This document shows positions 1 to 10,355 of a DNA stretch of 24,000 bases, piece after piece (position 1 is the stretch's first letter; the number at the start of each line of letters is the position of its first letter). The position numbers were made by a program, and so were the translations under genes. The DNA is from Citrobacter europaeus. Its GTDB lineage: Bacteria; Pseudomonadota; Gammaproteobacteria; Enterobacterales; Enterobacteriaceae. The stretch is taken from positions 972,469 through 996,468 of the forward strand of contig CP083650.1 of NCBI GenBank assembly GCA_020099315.1. Reading direction: 5' to 3'. Below the pieces are notes generated by a model that saw nothing but the letters and a program-made list of their open reading frames with translations, was not told the DNA's origin and did not search any database.

Positions 1-157
1 ATTTCCCCTTCTGCATTCAGAAGGCGTCATCACCGGGATATGCTAGCGCTATTCAGATTTGGTGTATTTGATTTGCATCTTATTACGCGGCTGTTATTTT
101 TATCATGCGAAAATACCTGAATAATAATAACAGCCTGATATTTATCACAGGTCAGAT

Positions 158-179
158 AAATACCCTGAACGGGGTATTT
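158..179. terminator. Hairpin (aaataccc-N6-gggtattt) just downstream of the DGC stop; a T-rich run follows on the + strand, so it may be a bidirectional terminator
   Basis: Perfect 8-bp inverted repeat at 158-165 / 172-179. It is followed by tttatttctct on the + strand and sits 20 nt 3' of the minus-strand DGC stop codon (200-202). Confidence 0.4.
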
Positions 180-199
180 ATTTCTCTGCAGCGCAATGG

Positions 200-1588
200 T
201 TATTCCTGATAAACCTCAACGCGGTCACGACCATTACTTTTTGCCTGATAAAGTGCGCGATCGGCTTTATCAACCAGTTGTTTGTAGTCGGGATGATAGT
301 CATATTCGGCAATACCGATACTGACGGTAATGGAAAACGTTTCTGTCGCAGAGGCGGCCATGCGCATCCCGGCAATTTTCATACGCAGCGTTTCCAGAAT
401 AATACTGGCCTGCGATTCATCTGACTCGACGAGCAGAATCATAAATTCTTCACCACCGTAGCGGAACACGTAATCGCTGCTACGGATATGATCATAAATA
501 ACCGCCGCGACGCTTTTGAGCGTCAGATCACCGGTATTATGTCCGAAGTTATCGTTAATTTGCTTAAAGTAGTCGATATCCAGCATTGCCAGGCTAAAAG
601 GCTTACGCGCATGTAACGCCAGCGAGATTTCGCGTCGCATGATGGTCGGAATAAAGCGGCGGTTAAGCAACTGGGTCAGCGAATCTTTACCATTTTCCTG
701 CTTAACCAGCGCCTCAAACATTGAGGCGAGCAGGAAATGGATTTTTGCTGAGAGCTGGCGAACATCCTGTAATAAGCTCATCCGTTCGGGCTCTGTCGGT
801 TGATGCTGAGGTGACAGGGTGGTCGTCAGACGAGTGTCGATCTCTGCAATCAGTGATTCCATTTCGTTGAGCAAATTGCTGTTGCCAAGAATATGTTTTC
901 CCTTATGCGAGAACCACATACCAAAATCAGAGTTCGCCAGAAATACCATTTCACCGAAAGGCATTGCGGTGGCAATGTTATAGATAAACTGGTTTTCCCA
1001 GTCAGTAAACGAACGGATTTGCCGCTCACGCTCGACGTTAACGTCATCGTAAATAGTCTGCAGACGATACTGCTCCTGAGTATGCAGCGAGTTTTGATGG
1101 CTTGGGGAATAGGAGACGGTCATGGCCTCCAGTGCGGTATCCATTGCCAGACTGCTGAAACAGATAGCATCGCTCAGCAGAGAGGACGAATAGTCCGCTT
1201 TGGTTTTCAACACCCGATACAGCTCATCTTTGAGCTTACGCGCGCCGCGGTTCACCAGATCGATGGGCAGACCGATGCGGGCATGCACCACGCCAATTTT
1301 GCGTTGTTTGGCCAGCAGTTGCGAGAGATCTTCATGCGCGCTGCCAAGGACGCTGCGCAGCCAGTCAAACATGCTGCCGCTGAGGCGGGTACTGACCTGT
1401 TCTGTATTGAGGAATAATGCGCTCTGGGCGTGGGAGAGCATATAGTCATAAAAAACGGTCACTAAATGGCGGATCTCTTCATCGCTTAACGATGTCAGGA
1501 GCGTGTGAACTTCAGGCGATGTTTGTCGTATCAGCGCCTGCCATTCTGTAAGGAGTAATGTGTCGTTTACCGGTTCAACCTGTTCCAT
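200..1588 (-). CDS. Globin-coupled sensor diguanylate cyclase (DosC/DgcO-like; N-terminal sensor globin, middle domain, C-terminal GGDEF)
   Basis: ORF 200..1603. I aligned it by eye with E. coli DosC from memory: VHARIGLPIDLV vs VHARIGIPVEIV (proximal His), FY vs EFY (distal Tyr), LTQLLNRRFIPTI vs LTKLLNRRFLPTI. It has the GGEEF active site (RYGGEEF) and an RxxD I-site (RSSD) five residues upstream. The ORF-track start at 1603 is TTG, so I prefer the ATG at 1588 (MEQVEPV...). Confidence 0.85.
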   Translation of the reverse strand: MEQVEPVNDTLLLTEWQALIRQTSPEVHTLLTSLSDEEIRHLVTVFYDYMLSHAQSALFLNTEQVSTRLSGSMFDWLRSVLGSAHEDLSQLLAKQRKIGVVHARIGLPIDLVNRGARKLKDELYRVLKTKADYSSSLLSDAICFSSLAMDTALEAMTVSYSPSHQNSLHTQEQYRLQTIYDDVNVERERQIRSFTDWENQFIYNIATAMPFGEMVFLANSDFGMWFSHKGKHILGNSNLLNEMESLIAEIDTRLTTTLSPQHQPTEPERMSLLQDVRQLSAKIHFLLASMFEALVKQENGKDSLTQLLNRRFIPTIMRREISLALHARKPFSLAMLDIDYFKQINDNFGHNTGDLTLKSVAAVIYDHIRSSDYVFRYGGEEFMILLVESDESQASIILETLRMKIAGMRMAASATETFSITVSIGIAEYDYHPDYKQLVDKADRALYQAKSNGRDRVEVYQE

Positions 1589-1667
1589 CTCACTGCCACT
1601 CAACGTGCGATTAAAAATTCAGGCGGTATTACGGACAATTACCTCACGATGGTCAAGTTAAACTCTC

Positions 1668-2315
1668 TTATCGATGGCTAATACCTTCATAAATAAGCCT
1701 GAGCGCGAAGACACCGATAATGGCGCCAATCACCCGGCTGGCAACCCGCTGGATTCGGCCATAAGCACGGCGCACGGCGGGCAATGAAAACGCCTGACTG
1801 AGAAAAATACGCCAGATAACGGAAGACAATATAATGCCTGCCCAGGCCATCAACCTGGCCCACGTTGGCGTGTCAGCGCTTAAGGTGACCGAGAAGATAC
1901 TAATAAAAAACAGCACGGTTTGCGGATTAGATAAATCCGTTAATAATCCACGGCGGAAAAACACATACCACGGGGCGGAAAGCGGCTGTTGTAACGTTGC
2001 CATTTGCGGCGTAGCCTGATGCCGGATGCTGTTCCAGGCGAACCACAGCAGATAGGCGCCGCCGACAATCTTAATCAACGAAAAGATCTCTTCACACTGG
2101 GTGATAAGCGTCGCCATACCAAAGAGCCCGAGGCCGGAGTAAAACGCATCGCCTAAGGCCACGCCCAGACCGGTCATGACGCCTGCGCGTCGTCCTGACG
2201 CCAGGCTGGTTTGCACCACCACAAACAGATTCGCGCCGGGATTAAAAAAAGTTAAAACAAACAGGCTGACGGTGAGTATGACGGCGTGCAGAGGTTCCAT
2301 AGACAACGTATCCAT
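1668..2315 (-). CDS. yahN: LysE/RhtB-family amino-acid exporter YahN
   Basis: Near-colinear match to E. coli YahN from memory (FFNPGANLFVVVQTSLASGRRAG, LGVALGDAFYSGLGLFG, NPQTVLFFISIFSV, RVASRVIGAIIGVFALRLIYEG). It also keeps the conserved position next to yahO/prpR. Confidence 0.9.
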   Translation of the reverse strand: MDTLSMEPLHAVILTVSLFVLTFFNPGANLFVVVQTSLASGRRAGVMTGLGVALGDAFYSGLGLFGMATLITQCEEIFSLIKIVGGAYLLWFAWNSIRHQATPQMATLQQPLSAPWYVFFRRGLLTDLSNPQTVLFFISIFSVTLSADTPTWARLMAWAGIILSSVIWRIFLSQAFSLPAVRRAYGRIQRVASRVIGAIIGVFALRLIYEGISHR

Positions 2316-2547
2316 TAGTGAGGGCGGAAGCAGGGTCAGCTAACACTATAATTTTAGTATCCACGTCATTCTGCGTATTCACTCACACTGCGCGTTTTGC
2401 GTATTTAACGATTAGCAAAATATCTTTATATTTCCGCCTGCTCTGGATCTTTTTATCAGCCTGAACTACTTATTAATCATCCTTGACTCGCGTGTCGAAT
2501 GTTCAGGGGGCGATGATGGCATATATAACAAAACCTGGAGCTTTTAT

Positions 2548-2823
2548 ATGAAAACTGGATATAAAGTACTTATTGGTGCGTTAGCTTTAGTTTTTTCCAA
2601 CGCCTATGCTGCGGAATTTATGACAAAACTTGAGTTTGAAAAGGTTGAGTCGCAGTACACAAAAATCGGTGATATTTCAACGAGTAATGAAGTTTCTGTT
2701 GCAGATGCTAAAGAAGAGCTGCTGAAGAAAGCTGAAGAGAAAGGCGCTGATGTGGTGGTATTAACCTCCGGCCAAACGGATAACAAAATCCATGGCACAG
2801 CTAATATTTACAAGAAAAAATAA
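2548..2823 (+). CDS. yahO: Periplasmic DUF1471/YhcN-family stress protein YahO
   Basis: 91 aa with a signal peptide (..SNAYA/AE). The C-terminal half is nearly identical to E. coli YahO from memory ([45 protein letters not shown]). Confidence 0.9.
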   Translation: MKTGYKVLIGALALVFSNAYAAEFMTKLEFEKVESQYTKIGDISTSNEVSVADAKEELLKKAEEKGADVVVLTSGQTDNKIHGTANIYKKK

Positions 2824-2846
2824 CGTGCTGCTGTGAAAAATACGCC

Positions 2847-2880
2847 ACCCGTCGGTCATTGTACTGGCGGGTTTTCTTTT
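2847..2880 (+). terminator. Probable rho-independent terminator of yahO, overlapping the 3' end of the convergent prpR
   Basis: Stem acccgtc (2847-2853) / ggcgggt (2866-2872) with one G-U pair, followed by ttttctttt on the + strand. Confidence 0.5.
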
Positions 2881-4466
2881 AATCTGCGCCAGAACGTGGT
2901 TCTGCTAATTCCGAGATAGCGTGCAGCCGCGGTTTTATCACCATTGAATTGTGCCAGCACCTGCTGCGGCGTCAACGATGTGGATAGCTGCGGGGAGTCA
3001 GCAGCAACGACCAGTTCCGGTAACAACTGCTGCAGGAATTGTACATTCAGCTCAGGCTGCGGCTCGACGCTTAAAAACAGCGCCAGACGCTCCATCATAT
3101 TACGCAGTTCGCGGATATTTCCCGGCCAGCCATAATTGAGCAACGTCGGTTGACTCAGTCCCAGCCCCTTACGCACGGGTTCAGAAAACGGCACATCCAG
3201 CTCCGCCAGCGACTGTTTTAAAAAGCCTTCCGCCAGCGGCAGGATGTCGGGCAACCGCTCGCGTAGCGGCGGCAGCTTAAGGCGTAAAATGCTCAGGCGA
3301 TAAAACAGATCGGTACGAAACTCTCCCTGCTTCATCTCCTGCTCCAGATTACAGTGAGTGGCGCTAATCACACGTACATCGACCGGAATCGGCTGATGTC
3401 CACCGACCCGGGTAACTTCTTTTTCTTCCAGCACGCGCAGTAGTCGGGTTTGTAACGGCAGCGGCATCTCGCCTATTTCATCAAGAAACAGCGTACCGCC
3501 GTGGGCGATTTCAAACAGGCCCGCACGTCCTCCCCGACGGGAGCCGGTAAAAGCGCCATCTTCATAGCCAAACAGTTCAGCTTCCAGCAATGATTCAGTG
3601 ATTGCCCCGCAGTTGACAGCAACAAACGGCGGCGAGGGCTTCCCGCGGCGATTGTCCTGACGGGTGAAAAACTCACGGTGAATGGCCTGCGCCGCCAGCT
3701 CTTTGCCCGTGCCGGTTTCGCCCTGAATCAGCACCGGCGCACGCGAACGGGCGTAGAGCATAATGGTGTGCCGCACCTGTTCCATTTGCGCAGATTGACC
3801 GCGCATATCCCCCAGCGCATAGCGGGTGCGTAGCGTATCGCCAGAGGCGTACTGACCGTTTCTGCGCAGCGTCAGCCGGGTCATATCCAGCGCATCGACA
3901 AAAGCCTGGCGCACGGTAGCTGCTGAATAGATAAAAATACCGGTCATGCCTGCTTCTTCCGCCAGGTCGGTGATCAACCCCGCGCCGACCACTGCCTGCG
4001 TGCCGCTGGCCTTCAGCTCGTTGATTTGCCCACGGGCATCTTCTTCGGTGATATAGCTGCGCTGTTCAAGCTGCAAATTGAAGGTCTTTTGAAAGGCGAG
4101 AAGCGCAGGGATGGTTTCCTGATAGGTAATGACGCCAATCGACGAGGTGAGCTTTCCCGCTTTTGCCAGCGCCTGTAGTACGTCAAACCCGCTGGGTTTA
4201 ATCAGGATCACCGGAATCGATAAACGGCTTTTCAGATATGCTCCGTTGGAGCCCGCGGCAATGATGGCATCACAGCGCTCGGTGGCCAACTTCTTGCGGA
4301 TATACGTCACCGCCTTTTCGAAACCAAGCTGAATAGGGGTGATGGTCGCCAGATGGTCGAACTCGAGGCTGATGTCGCGAAACAGTTCGAACAGACGCGT
4401 GACCGAAACCGTCCAGATAACCGGTTTGTCATCGTTCACCCGCGGCGGAAGATGCGTATCAGCCAT
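2856..4466 (-). CDS. prpR: Sigma-54-dependent transcriptional activator of propionate catabolism, PrpR
   Basis: Colinear with E. coli PrpR from memory ([29 protein letters not shown]...). It has the AAA+ Walker A GETGTGKE, the GAFTGS sigma-54 contact loop and a C-terminal HTH ([17 protein letters not shown]). I prefer the ATG at 4466 (MADTH...) over the ORF-track alternative start at 4472. Confidence 0.95.
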   Translation of the reverse strand: MADTHLPPRVNDDKPVIWTVSVTRLFELFRDISLEFDHLATITPIQLGFEKAVTYIRKKLATERCDAIIAAGSNGAYLKSRLSIPVILIKPSGFDVLQALAKAGKLTSSIGVITYQETIPALLAFQKTFNLQLEQRSYITEEDARGQINELKASGTQAVVGAGLITDLAEEAGMTGIFIYSAATVRQAFVDALDMTRLTLRRNGQYASGDTLRTRYALGDMRGQSAQMEQVRHTIMLYARSRAPVLIQGETGTGKELAAQAIHREFFTRQDNRRGKPSPPFVAVNCGAITESLLEAELFGYEDGAFTGSRRGGRAGLFEIAHGGTLFLDEIGEMPLPLQTRLLRVLEEKEVTRVGGHQPIPVDVRVISATHCNLEQEMKQGEFRTDLFYRLSILRLKLPPLRERLPDILPLAEGFLKQSLAELDVPFSEPVRKGLGLSQPTLLNYGWPGNIRELRNMMERLALFLSVEPQPELNVQFLQQLLPELVVAADSPQLSTSLTPQQVLAQFNGDKTAAARYLGISRTTFWRRLKENPPVQ

Positions 4467-4510
4467 AACCAACCCAAAAAGTAAGGAACCGAGTATTAGG
4501 GTTTAGTTGT

Positions 4511-4557
4511 GTTTCATAAATGTTGCAATGAAACGTGAAGGAACGTTTCTTGAAACG
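4511..4557. promoter_or_regulatory. Two inverted repeats, candidate PrpR enhancer (UAS) sites
   Basis: gtttcat-N10-atgaaac at 4511-4534 and cgtttc-tt-gaaacg at 4544-4557. They lie about 100-145 bp upstream of the sigma-54 promoter, separated from it by a very AT-rich tract of the kind associated with IHF-type bending. Assigning them to PrpR is inference. Confidence 0.6.
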
Positions 4558-4654
4558 ATAGCTGACACGCTTTTGTGCAACACAGAGACAATGATTGACC
4601 TTAACATATTGTTTTTAAATTAAAATTCATAAATTAATTTAAAATTAAGGTCTT

Positions 4655-4670
4655 TGGCATACCCCTTGCT
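4655..4670 (+). promoter_or_regulatory. Sigma-54 (-24/-12) promoter of prpBCDE
   Basis: tggcat-acccc-ttgct matches TGGCAC-N5-TTGCW with correct GG-N10-GC spacing. It is 49 nt upstream of the prpB ATG and divergent from the sigma-54 activator gene prpR. Confidence 0.8.
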
Positions 4671-4718
4671 TTAAGTAAATCAACGAATGCTAACAAGTTG
4701 ATAACAAGAGGACGAGAT

Positions 4719-5600
4719 ATGTCTCTACACTCCCCAGGGCTGGCGTTTCGCGCCGCGCTCAGCAAAGAAAATCCATTACAAATCGTAGGCACCATCAACG
4801 CCAATCACGCTCTGCTGGCCCAACGCGCCGGATATCAGGCCATTTACCTCTCTGGCGGCGGCGTCGCGGCGGGCTCTTTGGGTTTGCCGGATCTCGGTAT
4901 TTCTACCCTTGATGACGTGTTGACCGATATTCGTCGCATTACTGACGTTTGCCCGCTGCCGCTGCTGGTGGATGCAGATATCGGTTTTGGATCGTCAGCG
5001 TTCAACGTGGCGCGAACCGTGAAGTCGATTGCCAAAGCCGGTGCCGCCGCGCTGCATATTGAAGATCAGATCGGCGCCAAGCGTTGCGGTCATCGCCCGA
5101 ACAAAGCGATCGTCTCGAAAGAAGAGATGGTCGACAGGATCCGCGCCGCCGTGGATGCGCGTACCGATCCCAACTTTGTCATCATGGCGCGAACCGATGC
5201 GTTGGCGGTGGAAGGGTTAGAGGCGGCTATCGATCGTGCCCAGGCATACGTTGAAGCGGGTGCGGACATGCTGTTCCCGGAAGCCATTACCGAACTTGCG
5301 ATGTACCGCCAGTTTGCCGATGCGGTACAGGTGCCGATCCTCGCCAATATTACCGAATTTGGCGCTACGCCGCTGTTCACCACCGATGAACTGCGCAGCG
5401 CGAACGTCGCGATGGCGCTGTATCCGTTGTCAGCCTTCCGCGCCATGAACCGCGCGGCGGAAAAGGTTTATAACGTGCTGCGCCAGGAAGGAACGCAAAA
5501 GAGCGTTATCGACATTATGCAGACGCGCAACGAACTGTACGAAAGCATCAATTACTACCAGTTCGAAGAGAAACTCGACGCGCTGTACACAAAAAAGTAG
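4719..5600 (+). CDS. prpB: 2-methylisocitrate lyase
   Basis: [75 protein letters not shown] is almost identical to E. coli PrpB from memory. The catalytic KRCGH motif is present. The ATG at 4719 follows an aagagga Shine-Dalgarno; the ORF-track start at 4698 is TTG. Confidence 0.95.
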   Translation: MSLHSPGLAFRAALSKENPLQIVGTINANHALLAQRAGYQAIYLSGGGVAAGSLGLPDLGISTLDDVLTDIRRITDVCPLPLLVDADIGFGSSAFNVARTVKSIAKAGAAALHIEDQIGAKRCGHRPNKAIVSKEEMVDRIRAAVDARTDPNFVIMARTDALAVEGLEAAIDRAQAYVEAGADMLFPEAITELAMYRQFADAVQVPILANITEFGATPLFTTDELRSANVAMALYPLSAFRAMNRAAEKVYNVLRQEGTQKSVIDIMQTRNELYESINYYQFEEKLDALYTKK

Positions 5601-5604
5601 CCAC

Positions 5605-5673
5605 GTAGGCCTGATAAGGCGAAGCCGCCATCAGGCAATGCCGGATGGCACTGCGTTTATCCGGCCTGCGTAG
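5605..5673. repeat. Pair of REP (repetitive extragenic palindromic) elements in the prpB-prpC spacer
   Basis: gcctgat..atcaggc (5609-5636) and gccggat..atccggc (5640-5665) are imperfect palindromes of the classic enterobacterial REP type. Confidence 0.7.
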
Positions 5674-5724
5674 CTACTCGCACACCCTCAGCACCCTACA
5701 TATTATAAAAATGACGAGGACAAC

Positions 5725-6894
5725 ATGAGCGACACAACGATCCTGCAAAACAGTACCCATGTCATTAAACCTAAAAAATCGGTTGCGCTGTCAGGCGTCA
5801 CCGCCGGAAATACCGCGCTGTGCACCGTAGGAAAAAGCGGTAACGACCTGCACTATCGCGGCTACGATATTCTCGACCTGGCGCAGCAGTGCGAATTTGA
5901 AGAAGTTGCGCACCTGCTGATCCACGGAAAATTGCCTACCCGCGATGAACTCAACGCCTACAAGATTAAATTAAAAGCGCTGCGTGGATTGCCCGCTAAC
6001 GTGCGTACCGTGCTGGAAGCGCTACCTGCCGCCTCGCATCCGATGGACGTGATGCGCACCGGCGTCTCCGCGCTGGGCTGTACGCTGCCGGAAAAAGAGG
6101 GGCATACCGTTTCCGGCGCACGCGATATTGCCGACAAGCTGCTGGCGTCGCTCAGTTCAATCCTTCTGTACTGGTATCACTACAGCCATAACGGCGAGCG
6201 CATTCAGCCGGAAACCGACGATGATTCCATCGGCGGCCACTTTCTGCACCTGCTGCATGGCGAAAAGCCGTCGCAAAGTTGGGAAAAGGCGATGCATATT
6301 TCGCTGGTGCTGTATGCCGAGCATGAATTTAACGCTTCCACCTTTACCGGTCGCGTGATTGCAGGGACAGGCTCCGATATGTATTCCGCCATTATCGGGG
6401 CGATTGGCGCACTGCGCGGGCCGAAACATGGCGGAGCGAATGAAGTGTCGCTGGAGATCCAGCAGCGCTACGAAACGCCGGACGAAGCTGAAGCGGATAT
6501 CCGTAAACGCGTTGAAAACAAAGAGGTGGTGATTGGCTTTGGCCACCCGGTTTACACCATCGCCGACCCGCGTCATCAGGTGATTAAACGCGTGGCGAAA
6601 CAGCTTTCACAGGAAGGCGGTTCACTGAAAATGTACAACATCGCCGACCGCCTGGAAGAGGTGATGTGGGAAACGAAAAAGATGTTCCCGAACCTCGACT
6701 GGTTCTCGGCGGTTTCCTACAACATGATGGGCGTCCCCACTGAAATGTTCACTCCGCTGTTTGTCATCGCCCGCGTCACTGGCTGGGCGGCGCACATCAT
6801 CGAACAGCGCCAGGACAACAAAATTATCCGTCCTTCCGCCAACTATACCGGCCCGGAAGATCGCGAATTTGTCGCGATTGAAGAACGTTGCTAA
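5725..6894 (+). CDS. prpC: 2-methylcitrate synthase
   Basis: 389 aa of the citrate-synthase family ([18 protein letters not shown] motifs), in operon position between prpB and prpD. Confidence 0.95.
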   Translation: MSDTTILQNSTHVIKPKKSVALSGVTAGNTALCTVGKSGNDLHYRGYDILDLAQQCEFEEVAHLLIHGKLPTRDELNAYKIKLKALRGLPANVRTVLEALPAASHPMDVMRTGVSALGCTLPEKEGHTVSGARDIADKLLASLSSILLYWYHYSHNGERIQPETDDDSIGGHFLHLLHGEKPSQSWEKAMHISLVLYAEHEFNASTFTGRVIAGTGSDMYSAIIGAIGALRGPKHGGANEVSLEIQQRYETPDEAEADIRKRVENKEVVIGFGHPVYTIADPRHQVIKRVAKQLSQEGGSLKMYNIADRLEEVMWETKKMFPNLDWFSAVSYNMMGVPTEMFTPLFVIARVTGWAAHIIEQRQDNKIIRPSANYTGPEDREFVAIEERC

Positions 6895-6933
6895 TACCAA
6901 ACCTCGAAAGATAAAAAACAGGAAATGTACCCT

Positions 6934-8385
6934 ATGTCTGCACATATTTCGAACGTCCGCCCGGAATTTGACCGTGAAATCGTTGATATCGTTGATTACG
7001 TCATGAACTACGAAATCACCTCGAAGGTGGCGTATGACACCGCGCATTATTGCCTGCTGGATACCTTAGGCTGCGGCCTGGAAGCGCTGGAATATCCGGC
7101 CTGTAAAAAACTGCTGGGGCCGGTCGTCCCCGGGACTGTGGTGCCGAACGGCGTGCGCGTTCCGGGCACCCAGTTCCAGCTTGACCCGGTGCAGGCGGCG
7201 TTTAATATCGGTGCGATGATCCGTTGGCTGGACTTTAACGACACCTGGCTGGCCGCGGAATGGGGCCATCCTTCCGATAACCTCGGCGGTATTCTGGCTA
7301 CGGCTGACTGGCTGTCGCGCAATGCGGTGGCGGTGGGGAAAGCGCCGTTAACCATGAAAAAAGTGTTAACCGGAATGATTAAAGCCCATGAAATTCAGGG
7401 CTGTATCGCGCTGGAAAACTCTTTTAACCGCGTAGGTCTCGATCACGTCCTGTTGGTCAAAGTGGCCTCGACGGCGGTGGTTGCCGAGATGCTTGGCCTG
7501 AGCCGGGATGAAATTCTTAACGCCGTGTCGCTGGCATGGGTCGACGGCCAGGCGCTGCGTACCTATCGTCATGCGCCAAATACCGGCACGCGTAAATCCT
7601 GGGCGGCAGGCGATGCCACCTCGCGTGCGGTACGTCTGGCGCTGATGGCGAAAACCGGTGAGATGGGATACCCGTCCGCACTGACGGCGAAAACCTGGGG
7701 CTTTTATGACGTCTCTTTTAAAGGTGAGTCGTTCCGCTTCCAGCGCCCGTACGGTTCTTACGTAATGGAAAACGTGCTGTTTAAAATCTCCTTCCCGGCC
7801 GAGTTCCACTCGCAGACTGCGGTAGAAGCGGCAATGACGCTGTACGAGCAACTGCAGGCCGCAGGTAAAACGGCGGCGGATATCGAAAAAGTGACCATTC
7901 GTACGCACGAAGCCTGTATCCGCATCATCGATAAAAAAGGTCCGCTCAATAACCCCGCAGATCGTGACCATTGTATCCAGTATATGGTTGCCGTTCCGCT
8001 GCTGTTCGGACGTTTAACGGCGGCAGATTATGAAGACGGCGTGGCGCAGGACAAACGCATTGATGCCCTGCGCGAGAAGATCACCTGCTTTGAAGATCCA
8101 GCCTTCACCGCCGATTACCACGATCCGGAGAAACGCGCCATCGCCAACGCCATCACCCTGGAATTCACCGACGGTTCACGTTTTGAAGAAGTGGTAGTGG
8201 AATACCCAATCGGCCACGCGCGTCGCCGTAACGATGGCATGCCGAAGCTGGTCGAGAAGTTCAAAATCAACCTGGCGCGTCAGTTTCCGACCCGTCAGCA
8301 GCAGCGCATCCTGGATGTCTCCCTGGACAGAACTCGCCTGGAGCAGATGCCGGTCAATGAATATATGGATTTATTTGTTATCTGA
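6934..8385 (+). CDS. prpD: 2-methylcitrate dehydratase
   Basis: 483 aa from the ATG at 6934 ([28 protein letters not shown]...), colinear with E. coli PrpD from memory. The aggaa Shine-Dalgarno is well spaced for 6934 and too close for the ORF-track start at 6925. Confidence 0.95.
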   Translation: MSAHISNVRPEFDREIVDIVDYVMNYEITSKVAYDTAHYCLLDTLGCGLEALEYPACKKLLGPVVPGTVVPNGVRVPGTQFQLDPVQAAFNIGAMIRWLDFNDTWLAAEWGHPSDNLGGILATADWLSRNAVAVGKAPLTMKKVLTGMIKAHEIQGCIALENSFNRVGLDHVLLVKVASTAVVAEMLGLSRDEILNAVSLAWVDGQALRTYRHAPNTGTRKSWAAGDATSRAVRLALMAKTGEMGYPSALTAKTWGFYDVSFKGESFRFQRPYGSYVMENVLFKISFPAEFHSQTAVEAAMTLYEQLQAAGKTAADIEKVTIRTHEACIRIIDKKGPLNNPADRDHCIQYMVAVPLLFGRLTAADYEDGVAQDKRIDALREKITCFEDPAFTADYHDPEKRAIANAITLEFTDGSRFEEVVVEYPIGHARRRNDGMPKLVEKFKINLARQFPTRQQQRILDVSLDRTRLEQMPVNEYMDLFVI

Positions 8386-8424
8386 AACCCGACTCATCAG
8401 GCGTAAGTTCAACAGGAGAGCATT

Positions 8425-10311
8425 ATGTCTTATAGCGAGTTTTATCAACGTTCGATTACGCAGCCGGAGTCGTTCTGGGCCGAGCAGGCCCAGCGTATTG
8501 ACTGGCAGCAGCCGTATACGCAGGTACTGGATCACAGCAACCCGCCGTTTGCCCGCTGGTTTTGCGGCGGCACGACCAATCTGTGCCATAACGCCATCGA
8601 TCGCTGGCTGGACAAACAGCCCGAGGCTCTGGCGCTGATTGCGGTGTCATCAGAAACCGAAGAAGAACGCACGTTTACCTTTCGTCAGCTGTATGACGAA
8701 GTAAACGTCGCGGCGGCGATGCTGTTGTCGCTGGGCGTACAGCGCGGCGATCGGGTACTGGTTTATATGCCGATGATCGCCGAGGCGCACATTACGCTGC
8801 TGGCCTGCGCGCGCATTGGGGCGATCCATTCGGTGGTGTTCGGTGGTTTCGCCTCGCACAGCGTGGCGGCGCGCATCGACGACGCCCGACCGGTAGTTAT
8901 TGTTTCGGCGGATGCCGGGGCGCGCGGCGGCAAGATCCTGCCGTATAAAAAGCTGCTCGATGATGCGATCGATCAGGCGCAGCACCAGCCGCGTCATGTG
9001 GTATTGGTCGATCGCGGTCTGGCGAAAATGGCGCGGGTCGAGGGGCGTGACCTCGACTTTGCCGCCCTTCGCCAACAGCATCTCGGGGCGCGGGTGCCAG
9101 TTGTCTGGCTGGAATCAAACGAAACGTCCTGCATTCTCTACACCTCCGGGACAACCGGCAAACCGAAAGGCGTCCAGCGCGACGTTGGCGGCTATGCAGT
9201 CGCACTGGCGACCTCGATGGACACCATTTTCGGCGGTAAAGCAGGCGGCGTGTTCTTCTGCGCGTCGGACATCGGCTGGGTGGTTGGACATTCCTATATC
9301 GTGTACGCCCCGCTGTTGGCGGGGATGGCGACGGTGGTTTACGAAGGGCTGCCAACGTATCCGGACTGCGGAGTATGGTGGAAAATTGTTGAGAAGTATC
9401 AAGTCAGCCGGATGTTCTCGGCTCCGACCGCTATTCGCGTACTGAAGAAATTCCCGACCGCGCAAATCCGTAATCACGATCTTTCCTCGCTGGAAGTGCT
9501 GTATCTGGCGGGTGAGCCGCTGGACGAGCCGACCGCCAGTTGGGTCACGGAAACGCTGGGCGTCCCGGTTATCGACAACTACTGGCAGACCGAATCCGGC
9601 TGGCCGATTATGGCGATCGCCCGCGGGCTGGACGACAGACCGTCGCGGTTGGGCAGTCCTGGCGTGCCGATGTATGGCTATAACGTGCAGTTGCTCAATG
9701 AGGTGACCGGTGAACCTTGCGCGGCGAACGAGAAGGGGATGCTGGTGATTGAAGGGCCACTGCCGCCGGGCTGTATTCAGACCATCTGGGGGGATGACGC
9801 GCGGTTTGTAAATACTTACTGGTCGCTGTTTTCCCGCCAGGTGTACGCCACCTTTGACTGGGGGATTCGTGACGCGGACGGCTATTACTTTATTCTTGGT
9901 CGGACAGATGACGTCATCAACGTGGCCGGGCACCGGCTGGGGACGCGCGAGATAGAGGAGAGTATTTCCAGCTATCCAAACGTCGCCGAAGTGGCGGTCG
10001 TCGGCGTGAAGGACGCGCTGAAAGGGCAGGTAGCGGTCGCGTTTGTCATTCCGAAACAGAGCGACAGCCTGGAAGACCGCGACATTGCTCATTCGGAAGA
10101 GAAGGCGATTATGGCGCTGGTGGACAGTCAGATTGGTAACTTTGGCCGTCCGGCGCACGTCTGGTTTGTATCGCAACTGCCGAAAACACGCTCCGGCAAA
10201 ATGCTCAGACGAACGATTCAGGCGATCTGCGAAGGCCGCGATCCTGGCGATCTGACGACCATTGACGATCCCTCGTCGTTACAGCAAATCCGTCAGGCGA
10301 TCGAGGAGTAG
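8425..10311 (+). CDS. prpE: Propionate--CoA ligase (propionyl-CoA synthetase)
   Basis: 628-aa acyl-CoA synthetase with the AMP-binding signature YTSGTTGKPKG and a C-terminal KTRSGK. It is the last gene of the prpBCDE operon, with an aggaga Shine-Dalgarno. Confidence 0.95.
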   Translation: MSYSEFYQRSITQPESFWAEQAQRIDWQQPYTQVLDHSNPPFARWFCGGTTNLCHNAIDRWLDKQPEALALIAVSSETEEERTFTFRQLYDEVNVAAAMLLSLGVQRGDRVLVYMPMIAEAHITLLACARIGAIHSVVFGGFASHSVAARIDDARPVVIVSADAGARGGKILPYKKLLDDAIDQAQHQPRHVVLVDRGLAKMARVEGRDLDFAALRQQHLGARVPVVWLESNETSCILYTSGTTGKPKGVQRDVGGYAVALATSMDTIFGGKAGGVFFCASDIGWVVGHSYIVYAPLLAGMATVVYEGLPTYPDCGVWWKIVEKYQVSRMFSAPTAIRVLKKFPTAQIRNHDLSSLEVLYLAGEPLDEPTASWVTETLGVPVIDNYWQTESGWPIMAIARGLDDRPSRLGSPGVPMYGYNVQLLNEVTGEPCAANEKGMLVIEGPLPPGCIQTIWGDDARFVNTYWSLFSRQVYATFDWGIRDADGYYFILGRTDDVINVAGHRLGTREIEESISSYPNVAEVAVVGVKDALKGQVAVAFVIPKQSDSLEDRDIAHSEEKAIMALVDSQIGNFGRPAHVWFVSQLPKTRSGKMLRRTIQAICEGRDPGDLTTIDDPSSLQQIRQAIEE

Positions 10312-10322
10312 CGTCGTGTTAT

Positions 10323-10348
10323 GCCCGGTGGCGCAATGCTTACCGGGC
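10323..10348. repeat. REP-like hairpin between the convergent prpE and lipoprotein genes (likely a shared terminator or stabiliser)
   Basis: gcccggt (10323-10329) / accgggc (10342-10348) stem of the 'cccggtggcgc...taccgggcctgcg' REP flavour, followed by tttt. Confidence 0.6.
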
Positions 10349-10355
10349 CTGCGTT

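Noticed and set aside
178-375. 65-aa minus-strand ORF overlapping the 3' end of the DGC gene
   Set aside because: It is out of frame with and nested in the DGC gene, with no independent support.
893-1417. 174-aa plus-strand ORF antisense to the diguanylate cyclase gene
   Set aside because: It is a shadow of a well-supported minus-strand gene and has no Shine-Dalgarno or domain features.
2372-2405. Direct repeat tgcgtatt (2372-2379 and 2398-2405) upstream of yahO
   Set aside because: At 8 bp it is too short to distinguish from chance, and I cannot match it to a known regulator motif.
6157-7971. Minus-strand ORFs of 139, 141 and 201 aa across prpC/prpD
   Set aside because: They are antisense to conserved operon genes and give Arg/His/Phe-rich nonsense translations.
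9115-10176. 353-aa minus-strand ORF inside prpE, plus 8650-9081 and 8897-9355 (minus) and 8900-9445 (plus)
   Set aside because: These lie antisense or out of frame within a strongly supported, colinear prpE. The translations are Arg/Pro/His-rich and low in complexity, typical of shadow ORFs in GC-rich coding DNA.
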